From NCBI RefSeq assembly GCF_000803625.1, contig NZ_CP007496.1:450001-482000 (forward strand): DNA of 32,000 nucleotides, read 5' to 3'. The notes below the pieces were generated by a model. It did not search any database. It worked only from the letters and a program-made list of their open reading frames with translations, and was not told the origin of the DNA. Positions 9,860-16,457 of the stretch are shown here, one piece after another. Origin of the DNA: Candidatus Nanosynbacter lyticus. GTDB lineage: Bacteria > Patescibacteriota > Saccharimonadia > Saccharimonadales > Saccharimonadaceae. The translations under genes and the position numbers were made by a program. The stretch's first letter is position 1; every line of letters starts with the position of its first letter.

Positions 9860-10506
9860 TAAAGCACACTCGTCTTGTTAATTTCCTGCTGGAGTTTGGA
9901 AAAAATTGCGTGTGGATCTGATGATTTTTGAATAACGCCGCCAGCATTTAAGACATTAACACCACCCTGCACCAGGCTATATGCATTATCCACTAAAACG
10001 CCGCCATCCCAACCAATTTCCACGTTAGGATTAATGGCTTTAATGAGTCGAATTTTTTCCAACTGCATCAAACTGGCAGTCCCGCCAAATCTACCCAACT
10101 CGCCACTAAAAATCATCACATGGTCAGCGAGTTTTATAAATTCTTCGACAGTCCGCGGCACCGTTGGCTTTAATAACGCTAGGCCAGCCATGATACCAGC
10201 CTGACGAATCTGCATAAGCGCCATTTTTACATCGCCCGTGGCTTCCGCGTGGACTATAATCATATGTGGTCTTAGGGCAATCAACTTCGGTATATATTCC
10301 TCCAGATTGTTGACCATAGCATGAATATCGATAGTCCAACCCTCGGGTGCCCATAATTCCTGAATACCGACCGTCAACGTCGGCGCAAATTCACCATCAG
10401 AAATATCAATATGTACCCGCTCAACAAAACCAGTTATCCTATCAACTTGCTCTTTATACTGAGCAGCGTTTTCTGCCAAAATAGCCGGGGCAATTACAGC
10501 GCTCAT
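9859..10506 (-). CDS. rpe: Ribulose-phosphate 3-epimerase family protein
   Basis: 215 aa; APAILA, RVHIDISDGEFAPTLTVG, NVEIGWDGGVLVDNAYSLVQGGVNVLNAGGVI. Divergent but clearly TIM-barrel epimerase-like. Confidence 0.78.
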   Translation of the reverse strand: MSAVIAPAILAENAAQYKEQVDRITGFVERVHIDISDGEFAPTLTVGIQELWAPEGWTIDIHAMVNNLEEYIPKLIALRPHMIIVHAEATGDVKMALMQIRQAGIMAGLALLKPTVPRTVEEFIKLADHVMIFSGELGRFGGTASLMQLEKIRLIKAINPNVEIGWDGGVLVDNAYSLVQGGVNVLNAGGVIQKSSDPHAIFSKLQQEINKTSVL

Positions 10507-10955
10507 GACAATTCATCCAACTGCGCATTGCGCCGATTAAAGCGTGGAGCATTGGCGTACGGAGTATTCAACCACGTTTCTACAATACCCTTCCAAGCTG
10601 ATTCATCGTCTTCCAAAATTCGCGCCGGCAAACACAATACATTCGAGTCATTATCATGACGCGTCATCTTTGCCTCGAAAGCATCCCAAATCACGCTGGC
10701 ACGAATTCCTTTGAATCGGTTGGCCGCCATACACATTCCTTGACCGCCGCCACAGATTAAGATAGCTCGCGGATCTTTACTATCATCGCCAATAATTTTC
10801 AATACTGCCGCCTGAGCGAATTGCGGAAAATCATCGTCAGGGTTTAATTCTACGCCACCAACATCTTGTACGTCATAGCCATTTTTAACCAAATACGCAA
10901 AAACTTTTTCCTTCAACATAAAGCCGCGGTGGTCAGATCCGAGGTAGATTTTCAT
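10503..10955 (-). CDS. rpiB: Ribose-5-phosphate isomerase B
   Basis: 150 aa from ATG 10955: MKIYLGSDHRGFMLKEKV..., ILICGGGQGMCMAANRFKGIRASVIWD, HDNDSNVLCLPARIL. The ORF-track start at 11024 is upstream of the promoter-like sequence and unlikely. Confidence 0.92.
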   Translation of the reverse strand: MKIYLGSDHRGFMLKEKVFAYLVKNGYDVQDVGGVELNPDDDFPQFAQAAVLKIIGDDSKDPRAILICGGGQGMCMAANRFKGIRASVIWDAFEAKMTRHDNDSNVLCLPARILEDDESAWKGIVETWLNTPYANAPRFNRRNAQLDELS

Positions 10956-10961
10956 GATTTT

Positions 10962-10990
10962 AGTATAAGCGTTTTCGGTGATTTTTGCAA
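10962..10990 (-). promoter_or_regulatory. Putative rpiB promoter TTGCAA-17-TATACT, -10 box ending 6 nt before the ATG
   Basis: Minus strand ctcTTGCAAaaatcaccgaaaacgctTATACTaaaatcATG, no Shine-Dalgarno. Confidence 0.6.
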
Positions 10991-11043
10991 GAGAAAGTCG
11001 GAGATTACTCCAGGGGTGAAGCATGCCTATTTGACAAAAAGTA

Positions 11044-11072
11044 TTGACATTTTATAACTGGTATGATATAAA
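11044..11072 (+). promoter_or_regulatory. Promoter TTGACA-17-TATAAA for the 11156..11395 leader/gene
   Basis: Consensus -35 and near-consensus -10 hexamers with 17-nt spacing. Confidence 0.65.
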
Positions 11073-11077
11073 TAGAT

Positions 11078-11155
11078 TAACTTTTGTTCAAAGTTTTGTC
11101 TTAGGGCGGAAGTCGCCCTTTAGCTTTGAGTATCTTCCTGAAAGGAAGTGAAGAG
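11078..11155 (+). promoter_or_regulatory. Structured 5' leader, copy 2: hairpin I (AGGGCG/CGCCCT, 11103..11119) and SD-covering hairpin II (CUUCCU-GAA-AGGAAG, 11134..11148)
   Basis: Homologous to the leader at 7674..7745. The SD AGGAAG is the 3' arm of a perfect 6-bp stem. Confidence 0.65.
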
Positions 11156-11395
11156 ATGAAGGTAAAGTTCACTCTCAGCAATGGCCAGTCATTCGCCACG
11201 AAAATCACATACGGCTTCAAGGACACTAGGGATCTAGTAGAAAATCTGTCTAGAATGCTAGGAGAAGCCACAGACAAATCTGTCGTGGAACTCGAAACAG
11301 AAGACGGGATGTTTCTTGGTCAGGCCGACCGACATTGTGTCGGTCGAAATCCGGAGCTAAAGTGTCTCGCGCCAGCAGAAGGCGCGCTAAGATAA
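11156..11395 (+). CDS. Hypothetical small soluble protein
   Basis: 79 aa MKVKFTLSNGQSFATKITYGFKDTRDLVENLSRMLGEATDKSVVELETEDGMFLGQADRHCVGRNPELKCLAPAEGALR; SD AAAGGAAG upstream; own promoter and terminator. Confidence 0.6.
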   Translation: MKVKFTLSNGQSFATKITYGFKDTRDLVENLSRMLGEATDKSVVELETEDGMFLGQADRHCVGRNPELKCLAPAEGALR

Positions 11396-11427
11396 ATATT
11401 CTGTAAAACCGCCGGAAATACCGACGT

Positions 11428-11457
11428 CCCCGCACTATCACAGTGCGGGGTTATTCC
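11428..11457 (+). terminator. Intrinsic terminator between 11156..11395 (+) and the convergent GAPDH gene
   Basis: CCCCGCACT-atcac-AGTGCGGGG-TTATTCCTTTT, perfect 9-bp stem. Confidence 0.85.
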
Positions 11458-11478
11458 TTTTCTGGATTCTGGAGCAAA

Positions 11479-12501
11479 CTATTCGCTCTGGTTGAGATAA
11501 TGTCCGACATCCGCCACCAGTTCAACCAGCCGGTTCGAATAACCCCATTCATTGTCATACCAAACCATGACTTTGATCAAATTACCACCAACAACCTTCG
11601 TCAGCGGCAAGTCAACAACCCCAGAGTGCGAATTGCCGATGAAGTCGCGGCTAACTAAAGGTTCCTCAGAAACGCCCAGAATACCCTGGTAAAAGTTACT
11701 TTGCGCGGCTTTTTTGAAGGCTTCATTTACCTGCTCAACCGTTACATCGCGTCGGAGCAGTACCGTCACATCACTGAGCGACACCACTGGCGTTGGGACA
11801 CGAACACTGAGACCATCGAATCTACCAGTCAACTGCGGCAGGGTTTTCGTCACAGCAATGGCTGCACCCGTTGTTGTTGGCACCATATTCTCAGCAGCAT
11901 TACGACCTTCACGTAAATCCTTGGATGGCGCGTCTTGCAATCTTTGGCTAGCGGTGTAGCTATGCACTGTCGTCAACATTGATTTTTCCACGCCAAACTC
12001 TGCGTCCAGAACCGCCATCACCGCGCCCAGACTGTTGGTGGTACAGCTGGCGTTAGATACAATTGGCGTTGCGTCCTTGATTTTACTATCATTAGTACCT
12101 AGCACAATCGTATCAACGCCGTCAGACTTGGTTGGACCGCTGATAACCACGCGCTTGGCACCGGCAGTCAAGTGCTTACCTGCGCCGTCTTTATCAGTGA
12201 AGAATCCGGTAGATTCAATCACCACGTCAATATTCATATCGCCCCACGGCAAGTTTGCTGGATCTTTCTCTGCTAGGACTTTAACGGATTGACCTTCAAT
12301 AATCAGCTCATTTTCCGTAAAATCAACCTGCCGACTATACTCACCATAATTGCTGTCATGCTTGAGCAGGTACGCCAGAGTCTTCGTGTCCGTCAAATCA
12401 TTAATCGCCACAATCTCTAAATCACTCCGCTCGCGAGCAATCTTAAAAGCGTTACGCCCAATCCTTCCAAAACCATTAATTGCTATTCTTGTTACTGACA
12501 T
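11479..12501 (-). CDS. gap: Glyceraldehyde-3-phosphate dehydrogenase
   Basis: 340 aa; RIAINGFGRIGRNAFK, SNASCTTNSLGAVMAVL (active-site ASCTTN), WYDNEWGYSNRLVEL. Confidence 0.97.
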   Translation of the reverse strand: MSVTRIAINGFGRIGRNAFKIARERSDLEIVAINDLTDTKTLAYLLKHDSNYGEYSRQVDFTENELIIEGQSVKVLAEKDPANLPWGDMNIDVVIESTGFFTDKDGAGKHLTAGAKRVVISGPTKSDGVDTIVLGTNDSKIKDATPIVSNASCTTNSLGAVMAVLDAEFGVEKSMLTTVHSYTASQRLQDAPSKDLREGRNAAENMVPTTTGAAIAVTKTLPQLTGRFDGLSVRVPTPVVSLSDVTVLLRRDVTVEQVNEAFKKAAQSNFYQGILGVSEEPLVSRDFIGNSHSGVVDLPLTKVVGGNLIKVMVWYDNEWGYSNRLVELVADVGHYLNQSE

Positions 12502-12569
12502 ATGCCCTCCCCGTTAGATATTTCGCTTTAGCTTTTCTTAATTATACTACAAAGTTGTATAATAAATAT

Positions 12570-14087
12570 ATGACGCGCGAAGAACTGCTATCAGTAGCCG
12601 AGCAAAAGTACGACGAAGTGCCAGTGTTGGTCTTGGCAAGCGCGGTTGACTATGCGACAGAAAAACACGCTGGACAAAAACGCAAAAGCGGTGAGCCATA
12701 TATCAATCACCCCCTGGCAGTGGCCGAGATTTTGATTGAGTGGGGCATGGACATCGACACGGTGGTGGCGGGTGTGCTACATGACACGGTCGAGGACACC
12801 GACGCGACGCTGGATGAACTGGAGAGTTTATTTGGACGCGACGTGGCGTTTTTGGTGGATGGCGTGACTAAGGTTTCGCAGGCACGTGCTGGCATGCGTA
12901 GTCTGGACAGCTATTTGCCACACACCAAGGACAATTTAACTAAATTGATGATCGCAGTCGGTGAAGACGTGCGGGTGATTATCATTAAACTAGCAGATCG
13001 CTTGCACAATATGCGGACGCTGCAGTTTATGTCGCCGGAGAAACAGAAGAAAATTGCTCGCGAGACGATCGAGGTGTTTGCACCGCTGGCGGACCGATTG
13101 AATATGGGGCGGGTACGCGTGCAGCTGGAAGAATTGAGCTTCAAATATTTGATGCCAAAAGATTTTCACCGCACCAAGAGTTTGATGGACAGCCGATTGA
13201 AAAAATCGCAGCGAAAACTGGATCGTGTTCGCCGTGAAGTTGAGGCGCGACTAAAGGAAGAAAAGCTGGTTTTCCAGATGGACGGCCGCGTAAAAAGCGT
13301 CTACAGCCTGTTTAAAAAGCTCGATAAGGTCGGCGATATTGATAAGATTTATGATTTGATCGCCCTGCGAGTCATTGTCGATGATTTGTCGACAGGCTAT
13401 TTGGTATTAGGAATTCTACACGATATGTATCAGCCGATGTACGAGCGAATCAAAGATTATGTCGCCAATCCCAAGCCAAATGGCTACCAAAGTCTACACA
13501 CCACCGTGCAAACGCCGAGTGGGCAAATTGTTGAATTTCAAATTCGCACCAAAGAAATGCACGAATACGCTGAGCGTGGTTTGGCGGCCAGCTTCCACTA
13601 CAATGAGCAGAAGTTAACCGATGCGTACAAAAAAGGTCGTATGGGTGCTATGCCAGCAGATTTGTCATGGATTCGTGAGCTTCAGGAAGCGGCAGCATTG
13701 GCTGGCGAAGGCAAACGATTTGATTCTAATAAGTTCCGCATGAAATTGTTCTCAGACCGCATTTTCGTGTATTCTCCGAAAGGCGATATTTACGATTTGC
13801 CGCGCGGTGCCTTCCCGCTAGATTATGCCTACCGCATTCACTCCGACATCGCGGCACACGCCAGTGGTTTCAAAATCAATGGCGTCATGAAGCCATTTAC
13901 CTATCATTTGCGGCACGGCGACACCATAGAAGTGTTGACCAATAAATCCGCCCACCCGAAGCCGGATTGGCGCGAACTGATCATAACGCCTCACGCTAAA
14001 GACAAGCTGCGTTTGCAATTGTCGCGTAGTGGTGGCATCTTGCAACAATTGACCGGCGGCGTCTCGTCACTGTTTCGGCATCGATAA
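12570..14087 (+). CDS. RelA/SpoT-family (p)ppGpp synthetase/hydrolase-like protein
   Basis: HD-domain segment (HAGQKRKSGEPYINHPLAVAEIL, DTVVAGVLHDTVEDTD), synthetase segment (VKSVYSLFKKLDKV, DLIALRVIVDD, NPKPNGYQSLHTTVQ) and TGS domain. Start chosen at MTREELLSVAEQ (12570); TATAAT ends 6 nt upstream. Confidence 0.92.
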   Translation: MTREELLSVAEQKYDEVPVLVLASAVDYATEKHAGQKRKSGEPYINHPLAVAEILIEWGMDIDTVVAGVLHDTVEDTDATLDELESLFGRDVAFLVDGVTKVSQARAGMRSLDSYLPHTKDNLTKLMIAVGEDVRVIIIKLADRLHNMRTLQFMSPEKQKKIARETIEVFAPLADRLNMGRVRVQLEELSFKYLMPKDFHRTKSLMDSRLKKSQRKLDRVRREVEARLKEEKLVFQMDGRVKSVYSLFKKLDKVGDIDKIYDLIALRVIVDDLSTGYLVLGILHDMYQPMYERIKDYVANPKPNGYQSLHTTVQTPSGQIVEFQIRTKEMHEYAERGLAASFHYNEQKLTDAYKKGRMGAMPADLSWIRELQEAAALAGEGKRFDSNKFRMKLFSDRIFVYSPKGDIYDLPRGAFPLDYAYRIHSDIAAHASGFKINGVMKPFTYHLRHGDTIEVLTNKSAHPKPDWRELIITPHAKDKLRLQLSRSGGILQQLTGGVSSLFRHR

Positions 14088-14118
14088 TCAACGGTACAAT
14101 CTTGTAGGCGGAATATAA

Positions 14119-14239
14119 AAAACAATATCACCCTCATCTCAGGGGCCGTGACGGGCGCGAAAGCCCCGTCAGCCGAACGCCACAGGCTGACCGTAGGTCA
14201 CCTGTAAAGAGTACTCTGAGTGAGGTGTGATATTGTTTT
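14119..14239. ncRNA. Candidate structured RNA / extended bidirectional terminator-like inverted repeat
   Basis: 13-bp perfect outer arms AAAACAATATCAC/GTGATATTGTTTT continuing through CCTCA/TGAGG and CTCAG/CTGAG, enclosing two interior hairpins: TGACGGG-c-GC-GAAA-GC-CCCGTCA and ACAGG-c-TGACC-gta-GGTCA-CCTGT. Confidence 0.55.
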
Positions 14240-14254
14240 GTTGCGTCGATACTC

Positions 14255-14788
14255 TTACGCTTGCTCGTTCCAGCGAGTGATCGAATCGCGGATGATTTGC
14301 TTGGCGCGTTCAACATCACCAAAGCCCTTGACAACTGTCGAACCTGGCTTCTTCATATCTTTGTAGTGGTTGAAATGATGCTCAATTTGCTTGAGGAGCT
14401 GCGGCGGCAAGTCTTCCAACGAATTGATAGCATCACCAGTATTGCGGTCATCAGCTGGCACTACGATCACCTTGTCATCAACCTCATCATCATCAACAAA
14501 CTCCAAAACACCAATGACCTTTGCTTCCATAAAAATACCTGTTGTCAGTGGCTGGTCGGTGATGATTAAAGCATCCAATTCGTCGCCGTCCTCGTCCAAT
14601 GTCTGCGGGATGAAACCGTAGTTGGTTGGCTTGGCGAAAATTGCTGGCTCAACGCGGTCCAGCTGCATGACTGCCAGCTCACGGTTCCATTCAATCTTAT
14701 GGTTTGAGCCTTGCGGGATCTCAACGACAACATTCACGATGCCGTTTTCTACGTCACCAGGTGTCAAAATTTGGTTAAAGTCTGCCAT
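14255..14788 (-). CDS. ppa: Inorganic pyrophosphatase
   Basis: 177 aa; VEIPQGSNHKIEWN, YGFIPQTLDEDGDELDALII, DDRN...HFNHYKDMKKPGSTVVKGFGD. Confidence 0.96.
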   Translation of the reverse strand: MADFNQILTPGDVENGIVNVVVEIPQGSNHKIEWNRELAVMQLDRVEPAIFAKPTNYGFIPQTLDEDGDELDALIITDQPLTTGIFMEAKVIGVLEFVDDDEVDDKVIVVPADDRNTGDAINSLEDLPPQLLKQIEHHFNHYKDMKKPGSTVVKGFGDVERAKQIIRDSITRWNEQA

Positions 14789-14791
14789 AGT

Positions 14792-15724
14792 TTACTCCTC
14801 TCTGGCTTTTTCTTGTAAATATTCACGAATTTGCATTGCCGCCACTGCGCCCTCGCCGACTGCCGAAGCAATTTGCATGGTTGCACCCGAACGCACGTCG
14901 CCCGAGGCAAAGACGCCTGGGATGTTAGTGTGCAAATGTTCGTCAGTGACGATGTGCCCGCCGAGATCTAGTTCAACATCTGAGTCAGCCAAGAACTGCG
15001 TGTTCGGGATGAGGCCGATAAAGACGAACAGACCGTCTGCGGTAAACTCTTTTTGCTCACCGTTTTGGGTTGATTTGACGCCGTAGAACTTGTCATCTTT
15101 GACGATAATTTCATCGGTTGTCGCACCGATATGGACGGTAATCTTGCCCTCATCGACATACTTTTGCAGCTCTTTTTGCAGGACATCGCTGGCGCGTAAT
15201 TCGCTGCGCACCAGCAGATCAATGTGGCTAGCATAGCGAGTCAAAAAGATCGCTTCCTGGACTGCCGAGTTGCCGCCGCCAACGACGATCAAGCTCTTGT
15301 CGCGGTAAAACGCTCCGTCGCACGTCGCACAGTAATGCACGCCGCGGCCGTACAATTCATCTTCGCCCGACACGCCCAACTTGCGGTGATTTGAACCAGT
15401 AGCTAGGAGCACCGATTTGGCTCGCACCGGCTGGCCATCGATCGTCAATTCCAACTCGCCGTCAACTTGCTTGAGTTCCGTAACGTCGCCATACTCGATA
15501 TCCGCACCGAACCGCTCAGCCTGCTGCTGCAACTCTGATGCCAGCTTCATGCCAGTTACACCCTCAGCAAATCCTGGGTAGTTGTCAATTTGGTCAGTGA
15601 TGGCCGCCATGCCACCGACCACGCCGCGCTCGTACAGTGTCGTCGGCACATCTTCGCGCGATAGATAAATTGCAGCCGTGAGCGCGCTTGGACCGGCACC
15701 AACGATGATAACTTCTTTAGACAT
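14792..15724 (-). CDS. trxB: Thioredoxin reductase
   Basis: 310 aa; IIVGAGPSALTAAIYLSR, GVHYCATCDGAFYRDKSLIVVGGGNSAVQEA (CxxC), GVFASGDVRSG. Confidence 0.94.
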   Translation of the reverse strand: MSKEVIIVGAGPSALTAAIYLSREDVPTTLYERGVVGGMAAITDQIDNYPGFAEGVTGMKLASELQQQAERFGADIEYGDVTELKQVDGELELTIDGQPVRAKSVLLATGSNHRKLGVSGEDELYGRGVHYCATCDGAFYRDKSLIVVGGGNSAVQEAIFLTRYASHIDLLVRSELRASDVLQKELQKYVDEGKITVHIGATTDEIIVKDDKFYGVKSTQNGEQKEFTADGLFVFIGLIPNTQFLADSDVELDLGGHIVTDEHLHTNIPGVFASGDVRSGATMQIASAVGEGAVAAMQIREYLQEKAREE

Positions 15725-16394
15725 TTAACCCCCTTGACCTATAATACTGCTTGATAATTCCTGGCATTTCTGGCTGTGGAATATCTGCTGGCTTTTCGAT
15801 AGCCATTACCACAAATTTCAGCGGCGAATTAGCAGGAATCTTATCGCCCTGAGCCTGATTTCCGTACGCCTTATCCGCTGGAATTGTCAATTCGCGTACA
15901 CCGCCAATCTTCATACCAATCAGCCCCTCTTTCCAGCCTTGAATCACGGCAGTTTTCGCTGGACCATTCATATTAAGCGGTGCTTTTAACTTTCCATCAG
16001 CAATTGATTGATCAAAAATCTCCCCCTTAGGGTTCCAGCCAATATAATAAACCGCCAATTTAGTATCATCTTTGACTTCTGCTCCGTCACCCTCCAACAA
16101 ATCTTCTTTGCCGAGTTCTTTAACACTACCAGCCTCAAACGCACCGACTCGCGAACTGAACTCAGAAAATTTACTGTAGTATTTTTGGCTCAGTTCGGCA
16201 GCCTGAGCTTCTACTTTTTTCTTATGCTCATCGTTGGCTTTAGTGTACTCATCCTGAGCCTTCTTCAATGCCGCTTGATCTTTAGCATCATTGCCCGGCT
16301 GCACCATCATGGCGATAAATCCGCCAACAGTTCCTAAAAACATCATGCCGGCAATCACCCAAATGCCTATCCTTTGGCTTTTACTTGTTGCCAT
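15717..16394 (-). CDS. Membrane-anchored FKBP-type peptidyl-prolyl cis-trans isomerase
   Basis: 225 aa; N-terminal TM segment, coiled-coil-like linker, C-terminal FKBP segment (VYYIGWNPKGEIFDQS..., VIQGWKEGLIGMKIGGVRELTIPADKAYG). Confidence 0.88.
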   Translation of the reverse strand: MATSKSQRIGIWVIAGMMFLGTVGGFIAMMVQPGNDAKDQAALKKAQDEYTKANDEHKKKVEAQAAELSQKYYSKFSEFSSRVGAFEAGSVKELGKEDLLEGDGAEVKDDTKLAVYYIGWNPKGEIFDQSIADGKLKAPLNMNGPAKTAVIQGWKEGLIGMKIGGVRELTIPADKAYGNQAQGDKIPANSPLKFVVMAIEKPADIPQPEMPGIIKQYYRSRGLNV

Positions 16395-16457
16395 AATCCT
16401 CCTTTATTTACTTCTCCAATTATATCAATTTTGGTCAAGTACAACAATCACTCGATA

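Noticed and set aside
14119-14239. Resemblance of GGCCGTGACGGGCG in the relA-ppa element to the ZTP/pfl riboswitch core
   Set aside because: The remaining conserved ZTP elements (3' CCGCCUGGGC-type segment) are absent and the element is between convergent genes, not in a leader.
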